A stretch of DNA of 63,185 bases, counting the filler, from Reticulomyxa filosa (taxonomy: Eukaryota > Protista > Foraminifera): NCBI GenBank assembly GCA_000512085.1. It is 21 parts of 21 records of this genome, joined end to end, with 100 filler letters (N's around TTAATTAATTAA, not from the genome) between each part and the next. Parts side by side here need not be neighbours in the genome. Positions count along the whole stretch, not along the records: positions 33,643 to 36,665 come from ASPP01018560.1; positions 36,766 to 38,767 come from ASPP01046333.1; positions 38,868 to 40,654 come from ASPP01006404.1; positions 40,755 to 48,168 come from ASPP01020642.1; positions 48,269 to 49,466 come from ASPP01011991.1; 16 more parts are not named here. One strand, 5' to 3'. Both the position numbers and the translations under genes were made by a program. Shown here piece by piece: positions 35,926 to 48,311 of the stretch. Within the stretch, counting starts at the first letter, position 1. Each line of letters begins with the position of its first letter. The notes under the pieces were generated by a model, which worked only from the letters and a program-made list of their open reading frames with translations, was not told the origin of the DNA and searched no databases.

Positions 35926-36299
35926 GTCGGCAGCTTCCCGATGATGCACCGTACCTCGTCGATCTCCATGACGAGGCCGGCCATGTTGCCCTGTGTGCGC
36001 CGGGTCTGAATGTCCGCCATGCGGCAGAAGGTGCGCGCCAGGCGCACCACCTCCGAGTCAAATCCGCCGGCAGGCACGATGCCGGAACCCACCAACACTT
36101 GACCGTTTTTGCACTGCGCGCGGATGAAGTCGCCCGCTGCCGACAGCTTCCGGGCGTTCTGTGGCGCGCTGCCCAGGTCGCACACGGAATCATCGGTTTG
36201 ACCGCCGACCAGGGAGGCCGCGCCGGCCGGTTCAATTGCGCCAATCAACAGGCTGGCCAACACGGCACACCCTCGCCTGATTGCTGTTTTTCCGCCCAT
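35922..36299 (-). CDS. Exported protein (signal peptide, 4 Cys in the mature part)
   Basis: MGGKTAIRRGCAVLASLLIGAIEPAGA-A signal-like N-terminus; first gene of the coupled operon. Confidence 0.65.
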   Translation of the reverse strand: MGGKTAIRRGCAVLASLLIGAIEPAGAASLVGGQTDDSVCDLGSAPQNARKLSAAGDFIRAQCKNGQVLVGSGIVPAGGFDSEVVRLARTFCRMADIQTRRTQGNMAGLVMEIDEVRCIIGKLPT

Positions 36300-36385
36300 C
36301 GTCACGCCGTCTTTCTCTATGAGAAAACCATATTGTGACTTAAACACGGCTGACGTAAAAGCAGCACATCGGGAGACTGGTTTGC

Positions 36386-36637
36386 ATGTCTCCCGCCGCC
36401 CAATCTCCCGCACCCACCGCGCATTCCGCGCGGGCCGTGCTCGCGGCCAACATGATCCGATTACGCAGGGAAAGAGGCTGGTCACAAGAAGCGCTCGCCT
36501 TCGAGTGCGGCCTACATCGCACCTTCGTTGCGCACTGCGAGCGCCAAGTCAGAAACATCTCCCTGGACAACCTGGAGCGCATCGCCAACGCCTTTGGCGT
36601 GCCGGTCTATGCCCTGCTGATGCCGACAGGCAGTTGA
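36386..36637 (+). CDS. XRE-family HTH regulator, similar to restriction-modification controller (C) proteins
   Basis: LRRERGWSQEALAFECGLHRTFVAHCERQVRNISLDNLERIANAFGV. Confidence 0.88.
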   Translation: MSPAAQSPAPTAHSARAVLAANMIRLRRERGWSQEALAFECGLHRTFVAHCERQVRNISLDNLERIANAFGVPVYALLMPTGS

Positions 36638-36765
36638 AGCACTTTCGCGCGCGAAAGCACGGCTGNNNNNNNNNNNNNNNNNNNNNNNNNNNNNNNNNNN
36701 NNNNNNNNNTTAATTAATTAANNNNNNNNNNNNNNNNNNNNNNNNNNNNNNNNNNNNNNNNNNNN

Positions 36766-37334
36766 TTGATGATTGGAGTTGTAATGTGGTGGATCGTTTG
36801 ATGAATTTGGAGCCAATGTCATCAAATGGATGTTGTGAAATGAGTTTGGTGATCATTCATAAAAAACATTGTATGTATTTGGGTTTGTGTAAAACATCCA
36901 AATCAATTTTGGTGAGAGTTGATAATCGATGGATGGGAACAGTTCCATCCAATACTCCTCATTCCGAGAATGAACATGGATCAATTCAACCATATTTAGT
37001 TGCATATTTCCCATGCTCTGGTTCGAGTATCAATAAAAACAAGAAATGGTTGAGAGATTATATCAGAGATGCAATTACAAAGGATATGAAATATCTGTAT
37101 TGCAGTGAAAAAACATTATCATGCAATACTCCACGTGAAGGTACTTTGCCACCAATTGTGAAAGAATGGCCTTATCGTCCAGTTCAAACTGATGCAAACA
37201 ACTGTTATTTGAGAAGTCATAATGTCGGATATCGAATTCGTTTGGGTGATGCTTTATATCAATGGTTTCGTGATCAAGAATGTAAGAGTTTTGTGTTTAG
37301 TAAGAGCAATTACAACACATGCATCAATAAATAA
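36766..37334 (+). CDS. Hypothetical protein, C-terminal fragment
   Basis: Open frame of about 190 codons from the contig edge; no family recognised. Confidence 0.45.
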
Positions 37335-38073
37335 GTTATAAGCTGTACTTAGAAGAGCTGTCTTTGGCATGAATACGTTTGTGATTAAATATTTGTTTAT
37401 GGGAAGTTGCATCAAAACAATATAATTCAAACTTTCAATAGAATTCTAAGCAATTTGGATGATCATTTTCATTTGAATTTCAAATAATTAAACATTTCAA
37501 GCAAAAAAATTTTATCATTTGAAATCACTTGTATTTAGTTCTTTTTCTTTTTCTTTGAATATTGTGTTTTATTCTTCTAATTACAAAATAAATTAAAATT
37601 TTTTCTGATTGTTGTTTTTAAAATATTGAATGAAACTCATTTCTTTGTTTATTTGATGCAAATAAAAACGATGTTAAAAATATTTTATGATTATGCAATC
37701 CATCATCACAGATGGCAAACAATTGAATCAAAATTATTTTCCAAATGAAAACAAAATATGTTGCTTTTTTTCCATTAGAATACCTATTATCCGCACATAC
37801 AAATAGGCCTTTTACATGTCATAACATAAAACTATAATTATAATTACCAAAATATAAAAAAGGTTCAACGCATTTTAATGAATCTTTCTTTCTATGTTTG
37901 CACCTCGCAAAAAATTGCACTACAATACAAAAAATTACTTTGCTCAAAGTTATTCAAAATATCTTTGTTCCCTTTTCAAAAATTCTCAAAGACCCTTTAA
38001 AAAATTGAATTTAAATTTAAATTGACCTTAATCATTGTCCTTGCTTCTCTTGTACAAGCAAAACAAGTAAAAA

Positions 38074-38767
38074 ATGACCACTCTCGAGACTGAAGTAAAG
38101 ATATCAACACAACCATTTCTGGTAAGCTTCCTTTTAACTCGTTCAGACGTCTTTTTATAAATTGTATGTGGTTTGTAATTGGGCCAGCTAAAAGAAGAAG
38201 ATATTCCATTAATTATTCAAAATTGGAATCGAACATTAAATATCAAATTGGGATGGATCAATGATTTTGATAAACTTATTATCAAATATGTTATGTTCGT
38301 TTGTTTTGTTTTTTTTTTCCAATGCAAAATAAAAAATTCAAATATTTTTCTATAATCAATGTTTGATACAGATCATTACTATTTTCATATTCAATCACTT
38401 CCAATCATCATCTAAATTACTTAATACATTCACTGGACATACCGGTTATGTATGGAATATTGATTATTCAACATTTAATGATGATCAATTCATTTGTTCC
38501 GCATCATCTGATGAAACAGTTCGTGTATGGGATATCAATAACAATAATCAAATTCAATCATTCAATGGACATTCATCTTATGTAATTTGTGTAAAATTTT
38601 CACAATATCATTATCGTAATCATCATCAAAATGTTATTTGTTCTTCATCAGATGACAAAACTATTCGTTTTTGGGATTTTAAAAATAATAAACAATTAAA
38701 AATATTCAATAGACACACTAATTGTGTTTGTGGTATTAAATTTTCACAATTTAATGGTGGTAGATAT
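38074..38767 (+). CDS. WD40-repeat protein with an N-terminal WxR-GW module (3' truncated)
   Basis: Exons 38074-38121, 38188-38289 (LKEEDIPLIIQNWNRTLNIKLGWINDFDKLIIKY) and 38372-38767 (GH...WD repeats); paralogue of 45994-47411. Confidence 0.85.
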
Positions 38768-38867
38768 NNNNNNNNNNNNNNNNNNNNNNNNNNNNNNNNN
38801 NNNNNNNNNNNTTAATTAATTAANNNNNNNNNNNNNNNNNNNNNNNNNNNNNNNNNNNNNNNNNNNN

Positions 38868-40189
38868 CCACTTGCTCCACTTCCCCCACTTGCTCCACTT
38901 CCACTGTCCTTATTAGAGCTGGAGTCAAAACTCCATCCACCAGAGCTAGAAGTATTGCCTCCCCATCCCTGTGAAGATTTGGAGCTGTCAAAATTCCAAT
39001 TTTCTTGTGAAGTGTCCTTATTTGTGTTGTTGTCAAATGACCAGCTATCTTTTTTTTTTTCATTGGAAGGCTGACTTGTTTCCTCCTGTTTCTTCCCCCA
39101 TGAAACTGGCTGTGGTTCAAAATGTTGGAGTCCGCTCAATTCTAGTGTTTTTATGCTCTCTCGTCGGTAGTCTTGGCTTTTGGACGTTTGAGAAAATGGG
39201 TCTGTGGTATCACCATACCGGTCAGTTCGAAATCTTTTTTTTTTAAAAAGTTACCATGGCAAATGCAAAAAAAAAAAAAAGTCGATTGGCCAAAAGAGAC
39301 ATCGAACACATCAAAACTTGCGATAAGCATTTTTCAAATCCTCGACTTGCTTATGGACGAGAACAACTTGTCCAGCAATATATTCAGTTGCTCGATGAGT
39401 GGATTGTAAAGTATGGACTAGCACCTCTGGAGATAAAGATTGCAATTGACGGTTTGCAAAGTCTTTGTCATCGTAATCGCGTAAATGCTGTTGGATATCT
39501 TTCAGTCCATTGCGACACTCTTCTATCTTTGTCTCAAAATATTTAATTTGGTCGACATAATATGTTGGGGGGAGTGCTGGTCGAAAACTTGACATTGTAT
39601 TTCCTGACATTTTACGATTGAGTCGTTCAACTTGGGCTTGATGAACATGCTTTTTTTTTTTGTTTGAATGCAACATATGCAATAACCCTTTTTTTTTTTC
39701 AAAAAAAAAAAAAATTGCACACAACTGAAAATTCGATTCTTAGTCTTTCAAACAAAGGTTCCAAATCGTGCTTGTAGCGCTCCAGTTTGTCCATTAGCAT
39801 TTCTGTTTCTTCGGAATATGCTTTCAAAACAGATGACATGTCCGGAAATTGTTGCAATACCTCGGTCACTTGCTTTACCTGTTCTTGTTGCTCGTTGTTC
39901 ACTTTTATTACATTTCGCCTATCATTTTTTGTTCGCTTAGTTGTTTGAATACAAACAATGTTCTGGGATAATTCCTCTATTCCATTTCTACCCTCCTTTG
40001 CCAATGCGTAATAATCAATACAAAAAATGCTTGATATTTCAAATTTTTTTTATTTTGTTGTAACTCGAATTGCATAAACGGCTTCTGTTTCTCTTCTGAC
40101 AATGACTTCAAATGATCTGTTAGACGAACGAAATTGGAATCTTTATTTTCATTCTTCTTCTTGCTGCTGTTGTCCCAATCAAAAGACAT
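38868..40189 (-). CDS. Nucleoporin Nup58/Nup49-like coiled-coil protein (multi-exon; 3' truncated)
   Basis: LPPTYYVDQIKYFETKIEECRNGLKDIQQHL...LSPEVLVHTLQSTH...IAGQVVLVHKQVEDLKNAY resembles the Nup58 helical core, followed by a Ser/Gly-rich tail with aromatic repeats. Confidence 0.55.
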
Positions 40190-41589
40190 TATTATCGTTT
40201 AAATAAATAAATAAAAAATCTGAAACTATTAGAAAAAACTCCTTGTTTCAAACAGTGCAAATTAATATTCTTTATTTCAAGCAAAATTTTCTAAAAATTC
40301 AAATAAAACTTATTCAAAATAAACCAAACATACGACAATCGATACTATATTGTGTAAAAAATAATGTAAAAATTTTACTTTGGGGCAAATTGAAGTATGT
40401 AAATAAATATGTGAAAAACTTCCTAAATTTAGATTGCTTATTATTTACATAGATGAAATTTTATTTTGTAGAAAATTGGCAAAAATTGGTAATATTATTA
40501 AAAAATTGTGTTTATTTATAGGTCAGCCTACTGTATGAGTAAATTTCCAAGACGATTTCAGACATTTTTTTTACCTAAAACTTTTTTTTATTTGTTTGCT
40601 TAAGTAATTTCGTTTTTTTTGAAATTTTGCTTACAAGAGAAAACATTTATCAAANNNNNNNNNNNNNNNNNNNNNNNNNNNNNNNNNNNNNNNNNNNNTT
40701 AATTAATTAANNNNNNNNNNNNNNNNNNNNNNNNNNNNNNNNNNNNNNNNNNNNTTTATTTTGGAAAAGTAATACATCTTGCAGTTTTTTATGTACAGAA
40801 AAAAATCTTAAACGACATAGTTGGTATTGAAAAAAATCCTTTTAAATTTATCACACGTTCTGCATGATTCAAAAATTTCTCTACAGTGTAGTTCAATTTT
40901 TTTAAAAAAAATCACCACGAACAAAAAAAAAAAGGTGTTACCCCTTTTTGATTATAGAAAAGAGATCATACACTCTTCTCCATGCTCAAGCATTTTGTAC
41001 GTTTCAAAAAAAAAGTTAAAAAAAAAAAAGGAAAACACTATCGAATTATCCTAATTCAATCAGAAAAATGTGATGTAGATAAGACAAATTGCGACACGAG
41101 CAAAACAAATACATGGGAATCCATGCTTCTTATACACAGACATCATCATCAACCATTTCATCTGTTTATGTCGAACATTTGCAACAGCTGTGTTGAATAG
41201 TTTGCCATTCCAATCTTTGAAATTAAAAGATTTTTTTTAAAAAGTTGTGTTTAACCTGACTAAAATGGATAATTACATTCCAACAAAAGCATTTTGATTT
41301 TAGAAAAAGAATGATAATTGATTATCAACAATACACAATAGTATGAAGTCTGTGTGAAGCAAATTCATATGATAAAATAATTTTTTTTTTGAACGGTTGA
41401 ATTTTAAAAAGGTCGCATCTATCACCAATATAACTTATTTCATAGAAAACAAGTAGTTCTGCAAAAAGGAAAATATTTACTAGTTTTTTGTCTTTTAATA
41501 ATATCTTTTGAGCATACTCAAATTAGCAAAAAGAAATAAAAACCATATTTAAAGTTAACAAATATTTTAATTGCTTTTTCATTAAAAAA

Positions 41590-42798
41590 TTAATTCATTT
41601 TACTAAATTTTATAATAATTTTATCAAAATCATCGATCCATCCAAAGTTTATTTCTGAAGTTCGAATCCAATATTCAATAATATATTTTATTTCTTGCTT
41701 TGTCTGTCCATTTTTATTATTAATCAATCAGTTTCACACAATAAAATTTATTTTTGCTTCATCAAAATAAGTAAATAATTACCAGCTGTGAAACATCCCA
41801 TAAACGCATTTTAGTCATCATGTGAGTTGATACTGATACATGTTTATCATCTTTCCCTCCAATGATGTAAATATCATTGTTTTCCTCATTCAATGTTGCA
41901 GCACAATAATACAATGAATTGGGTAAAGCGTTTTTAAATGTCATCCATTTGTTTTCTCGAATTGAGTACTTGTACACTGATTTTGAAATACCACTACCAT
42001 ATCCACCAAAGAATAAGATTACATCATTGATACAAACATATGCATATGCATAGAATAATGCAATATCCTTAGAAACAGGTACTTTATGAAACTGAAAAGT
42101 GTTGTTATCTTCATCATATTCAATTGATAATCCTGCCTTTCTACAAAATAACATCATTTGATAATTTTGCTTATTAGTTTTCATCATTTCTTGCCCTTGT
42201 CCATTTTCTGACTTTGATACAAAGCAATGATAAAATATTGCTCTATCAATTGGCAAAGTATCATGTTTAATAAATTGAAATGTATTTAAATTAAACACAT
42301 TAATATCATTTGATCGATGAGTGATAAATAACAAATGATTATTACTTCCACCAATCACTGCACGCACTCCTTGATAATTATAATTTTGATCTCTTCCAAT
42401 GATAATTGGATTATTGTGATCGTCTGTGAAAGGGATCCATTGATTGTAATTGCTTAATTCATTGGATTTGTTTGATATATCACTCCAAACACTTACATAT
42501 TTCATCACCAATGTATGTTTATCTCTCCCATTAAAATTAGATCCAAAAGATAACAAAGTGATTTGATTGCTCTGTTTGTTTTGCTATTCATCAATTTCAC
42601 TACACAGTGTCCACTTAATTCAACATTACTTGGATACTCACAGATAAACTTGTATTCGTTTTTGAGTGTATGATAAGAATAACAAGCTCTTTGACCAAGA
42701 CCTCCACAAATGATGAGTTCGTGTTTGTGTAGCACACATTGAGATTGAGAAAGTGGAATGGGAAACTCCTTCAAAATTTGAAAGACTTGGTTGCTCAT
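41590..42798 (-). pseudogene. Kelch-type beta-propeller protein with a C-terminal WxR-GW module; one frameshift near 42575
   Basis: Kelch motifs LIICGG, VIGG, ILFFGG...YKYSIRENKW and IYIIGG; terminal exon 41703-41590 reads TKQEIKYIIEYWIRTSEINFGWIDDFDKIIIKFSKMN. Confidence 0.82.
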
Positions 42799-43214
42799 GT
42801 TGTTAATGTTGATGAATTATGAAGTAGTTTAATTTTTTTAAAAAAAGGAGAACGACACAAAAAGTTCCTTTTTTTTTTTGTAAATAAAAAATTAAAAATT
42901 GAACTGAGTAAGAAATTTCCAGAAAAATAATCTTGTCTCAAAAAATGTTATAAATTAGATAGAATTTTCTTTCATCTTTTTTTTAAGGTCATGACATGGT
43001 ACATTCAAATGAATTTTTTGTTATGATCTTTCTATGTTATTGTTATTGTCTCTCTAATTCAACAATAATTTTTTTGAATTATACAATGTATCGCCGCAAT
43101 TTTTTCAAAGAAAATATAAGAAAGGTGAGATGAGTTGAAAAAAAATCTGGTAAACGCAATTAATATTGCGACCCTTTTTAAAATGGCTCAATCCTTGACA
43201 ATTAAAAACCAATC

Positions 43215-43342
43215 TGTTCACAGTTTTGTTTCTGTTAGTGGTCAAATGATAAAAAAGTTAGTGTATGAGATGTTGATAACAACAAACAAATTCAATCATT
43301 CAATGGACATTCAGATTATGTATATTTTGTGAAATTTTCACC
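43215..43342 (+). pseudogene. WD40 gene remnant
   Basis: Reads ..SNDKKVSV*DVDNNKQIQSFNGHSDYVYFVKFSP, matching repeats 1-2 of the 45994 and 38074 genes. Confidence 0.7.
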
Positions 43343-43886
43343 GAAAACAGTATCAATTCACGTGAAGGCTAAAGTGTGTATGTGATCCTTCAGTTGGTAA
43401 TAAGTTGTTTATTTGATGAAACACAAATAAATTGTATTATATATAACTGATTGATAAATAAATAAATAATAGACAGTCGAAATAAAATTTATTATTGAAT
43501 ATTTGACTCGAAATTTAAAGATAAGATTAGGATAAATGACCCCAGCCATAAATTTTTATTTTTCAGTTTTTCTCACTTTTGAAGTTTTTTTTTTTTTTTG
43601 CAAATTCAGATTCCCAACGAAAAATTACATTAGAAAATACTATTTAAAATACTTATATACTATTTCAATATTTATAATCGTGTTTGAATAAACATTTCAT
43701 TTTTCAAAGAAACAAACTTAAATAGTGTCATCATATTGTTTAACAATCAATATCTGCAGCGAAGTTAACTTTTTTATATTTTGGAAATCTTTTGTTAAAA
43801 ATTTACAAAATCAATACATATAAAATAAAAAAAAAAATCGAAACTAGCTTTGAAAAAAGACCTGTTTTAATCATGTTTTTCAAAAT

Positions 43887-45115
43887 TTATTTTATTCTAC
43901 TATATTTGAAAATAATTTGATCAAAATCATCGATCCATCCTAATTTTATCTTTAAAGTTCGAACCCAATTTTGAATAATAAATTTAATATCATCTTTTAA
44001 CTGTTTATTATTTGTTATGCAATATAAAATTTAGTTGTGTTTGATCAAAATAAATAAACAAAAAAACAAATCATTACCAACAGTGAAGAACCCCATAAAC
44101 GCGCTTTAGTCTTTATGTGAGTTGATACTTCGTTACTTTTTTCATTTAGTCCTCCAATGATGTGAATATGATTGTCTTCTTCATTTAATATTGCAACACA
44201 ATGATGCAATGGATTGGGTAACGTGTTTTCAAATGTCGTCCATTTGTTTTCTCGAATTGAATACTTGTGTACTGATTTTAAAGCATTAGGACAATTCCAT
44301 CCACCAAAGAACAAGATGATGTCATTGATACATACACATCCATATGCAATGAATGGTGTATTGCTCTTATAAACAGGTAGTTGATGAAATTGAAAAATGT
44401 TTCTGTCTTCATCATATTTAATTAATAAACCTGTTCCTTTATGAAACAGCAGCATTTCATTTTTATTTTTTTCTTGATTTGTGTTCATCATTTCTTGTCC
44501 TTGTCCATTTTCTGAATTTAATACAAAGCAAGGATGAAATATTTCATTATTAGTCGGTAAAGTATCGTGCTTAATAAATTTAAATGTATTTAAATTAAAT
44601 ACACTAATATTCTTTTTGTGATAAGTTGTAAATAACAAATGATTGTTGCTTCCGCCAATCACTGCACGTACTCCATTATAATTCACATTTCTAATGTGAA
44701 TTGGATTATTGTTATTGTCTGTGAAAGGAATCCATTGATTGTAATTTTTTAACTTATTTAATTTATTTGTTTCATTGTCATCGTTTTCATTATTATTGTC
44801 ATCACTCCAAACACTTACATATTTCATTATCAATGTATGGTCATAATATCCACCAAAAGACAGCAATGTGGTTTCATTACTGTCTTTGTTGCTGTCTAAC
44901 AGTTTCACTACACAGTGTCCAAATAATTTAACTTTACTTGGATACTCACAGATAAACTTGTATTCGTTTTTGAGTGTATGATAAGAATAACAAGCTCTTT
45001 CGTTTCTACCCCCACAAATAAGGAGTTCATGTTTGTGTAGTATACATTGAGATTGATGAAGTGGAGTGGGCAACTCCTTCAAACTTTGAAAGAGAGCTGT
45101 GTTTCGATTACCCAT
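43887..45115 (-). CDS. Kelch-type beta-propeller protein with a C-terminal WxR-GW module
   Basis: Intact exon 45115-44078 plus terminal exon 44000-43887 (LKDDIKFIIQNWVRTLKIKLGWIDDFDQIIFKYSRIK); tandem paralogue of 41590-42798. Confidence 0.88.
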
Positions 45116-45162
45116 GTTGTTAATGTTACTGAATTTTTTTTAGTAGTTGTAGCTGTTAGTTA

Positions 45163-45275
45163 TTCAAATAAAATATTATCAGGGTCACACGATAAAAACG
45201 TTCATTTGTGGGATGTTCAACCTGACCAAATGTTCAATGGACATAAACATTGGGTGAGCGAGATTGAATATTTAC
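45163..45275 (+). pseudogene. WD40 gene remnant abutting the Kelch start
   Basis: SNKILSGSHDKNVHLWDVQPDQMFNGHKHWVSEIEY resembles repeats 5-6 of the 45994 gene. Confidence 0.65.
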
Positions 45276-45993
45276 TATTTATTATTGCATTTTAGATATT
45301 ATAAGTTGCAAATCTTCAGCCGCTTTTGTAAAATATTTAAAAGTAGTTTTAAATTTTGATTTTTTTGATTTCTTTGATCGTTTTTATCCTATCATTTAAA
45401 TGTGAGCCCATTGAGAATATTGTGAAAATGTTTTTTAGACAATATAGAAATAGCATTATGTTTATCCTTATTATTATCCAATTAAAAATTTTTAAAAATA
45501 TTTTTTGTAAAATATCTATTTGAGCTAGTTGTATGTTGAAACTCATAAAATATATACTGGCTAAAGTTACTTTTTAAAATATTTTCAAAGTAGTTTGACA
45601 AATTCCTTTATGGACAAAAAAAGCCCCAAGTTTAAGTCTTGTGTTGTCACCTAAGAGAAGCTCAAGAAAAAAAACAACCGAAGTTGAAAAATGGGAAATC
45701 CTATTAGTAAAAAGTGTCATCAACACAATTATTATAGATACGTTTTATTTCAACACGTCCTTCAGAAAGCAAATTTGAAATGCAACAAAAGACATGATAT
45801 TAACATTGAAATAAAAAATTAACTGTTAACATTATACTTGACAACTTAATTTTGAACAAACGTTTTCATTTTAAAAATTTGATACTCTCAAAAAAATTAA
45901 TATAAATTTTTTTTAACAACCCCTTCATTAACATTAAAAAAAGTTTAAATTTTGTCATCTGAGACAATCTCAAAGAAAAAAAAAGTTAAAAGA

Positions 45994-47411
45994 ATGGCAG
46001 CCATTAACAATAAAAAACGAACTTCAATACAGCGGTCATTGGTAAGCTTTCTTCAATCTTTCAAAAGTATACTGTCTTTAGAATGTATTTTTATTGTAGT
46101 TTAATCTGTCAGAAGAAAACAAGACCCAAATTATTATTCAACATTGGATCCGAATATTGCATATTAAATTCGGATGGGTCAATGATCTTGACAAATTTGT
46201 GATCGATTATGTTAAGTATTTTGTTTGTTATTTATGAAATTTTAATCAAAATGTTTTTGAATATTCATTTGTTGTCATTTACTCGTAATGGCTATTTAAC
46301 ACAGGCATCTACCTTTGTAATGCTTGAAAGATTTCGTTTGTCATCTAAATTACTTAAAAAATTAGTTGGGCATACCAGAAATGTGCTGAGTATTGATTAT
46401 TCAACATTTGATAATAGACATCTACTTTGTTCTGGATCAGAAGATAAAACAGTTTGTGTATGGAATCTTGAGAACAATACACAAATTCGACAGTTCAATG
46501 GACATTCAGATTTTGTGTATTGCGTAAAATTTTCACCATATCATTGCAATAAGTATCGTCGTAATGTTATTTGTTCTTCGTCAAATGATAATACAATTCG
46601 TTTTTGGGATATCAAAAGTAGTCGACAATTACAAGTATTTAAGAAGCACACTTTTGCTGTTTGTGGAATTGAAGTCTCGCCATTTAATGGTGGTCGATAT
46701 TTGTGCTCTGGATCACGTGACAAAACAATTCGTTTATGGGATGTTGATACATCTAAATCATTGCATGTTTTCAATGGACATAACTGGACTGTTTGGTGTG
46801 TGGATATTTCACCATTGCAAAGCAATAACAAAAGTGGTAATGATAATGATAAAAGTAGTCATATTGGTTTGATTGGTGGTAATGGATATACCATTTGCTC
46901 TGGATCATTAGATGCAACCATTCGTATATGGGATATTGAAACAGCCAAACAATTGATTGTATTCAAAGGGCATGAAAATAATGTAAGGAGTGTGAAATAT
47001 GGATCAAATAAATTAAAAATTATCGGTGGTTCAAATACAATATTATCTGGATCTGCAGATAACAGTGTTCGTTTGTGGGATATTCGATCTGGTCGACAAA
47101 TTCAAGCATTCAATGGACATACCAATATTGTATGGGCTGTTGAATACTCACCACTTGTTGTGAATAATGTCGACGCTGGTGGTAGTTCGGCTGTGATATG
47201 TTCTGGGTCATGGGATAGCACAATTCGTTTTTGGGATATTCGATCAAATAAGAATGAATTATATGTTGTCAAAAGAGACTATGGACAATGTGATGGAGTA
47301 TTTTGTCTTAAATTTGTACCATTGAAAAAGAAAGTAAATAACAAGAGAAGGGAATTAAATAGTGTTAATTTATGCTATGGTTCAAGCAATTATATTAATG
47401 TTTGGGGATAA
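45994..47411 (+). CDS. WD40-repeat protein with an N-terminal WxR-GW module
   Basis: Exons 45994-46041, 46100-46210 (FNLSEENKTQIIIQHWIRILHIKFGWVNDLDKFVIDY) and 46305-47411 (about 7 WD40 repeats); both introns are phase 0. Confidence 0.9.
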
Positions 47412-48268
47412 ACATATATGAGTAAGATTAGACAGTATAAAAATTTGTTTTGATCTTTTTGTCTTCTATTGAAAAAGAAAGACTTGATTCAATTAATCAC
47501 TCCTTTGTTAACATTCACATGTGGAAATTATTTTTTTCACACCATAAATTCATTTTTTTTTTTCTCAAATAATGATAAAAACAAGCATAGCTATATTTCC
47601 TTGAACATTATTTAAAATTTAATAAAAGGTCAATAGAATGATTTTGCGTTTTGCTTGATATTATAACATGAACTATATATAATTAATTTATCATTTTGGC
47701 TTTCATCTTCGTTCTCTATTTTTAACAAGATTCCTTTTGAAAGCTAGTCAAAAATTAAATTATTTTATTAAACGTCAAATAAAATCGACTCCAAAAAAAT
47801 TAGAGTAAGTTTTGTTTTTTACATTAAGAAGACATACAAGCTGGAAAAGAATAAAAACACAATTTCGATCTTTATTATAATGAAAATTACTGCATTGTTT
47901 GTTTTTCCAACAATTTTTTTTAAATCGGAGTGACTCTTGAAAGTCATCGTGTAAGAGTATTTTTGTTAATCCTCAATTTCACACGATTTCTCTTTTTATT
48001 TACGATTGCTCTCTTGAACAAAGAATATAGTTTATGGATAGTGTAGTGAGATAAAAAATTACATCCAGCATGCTTCAGTCACTCAAAAAAATCAGATCAG
48101 TCAAAAAATTTGTTCATGCTGTTAGAAAAATGATTCTGTACCAAAATATGCATACACAGATAAATACTNNNNNNNNNNNNNNNNNNNNNNNNNNNNNNNN
48201 NNNNNNNNNNNNTTAATTAATTAANNNNNNNNNNNNNNNNNNNNNNNNNNNNNNNNNNNNNNNNNNNN

Positions 48269-48308
<40 letters not shown>

Positions 48309-48311
<3 letters not shown>

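Larger units (their letters stand above)
33643..36665. mobile_element. GC-rich bacterial plasmid/island fragment (contaminant or host-associated bacterium)
   Basis: Abrupt high GC, no introns, Shine-Dalgarno sites, overlapping ATGA-coupled genes, and a resolvase plus MTase. Confidence 0.9.

Noticed and set aside
30900-36665. NACHT genes beside an MTase and resolvase as a bacterial defence island
   Set aside because: They are on separate contigs with very different GC content, and the NACHT genes belong to the AT-rich eukaryote.
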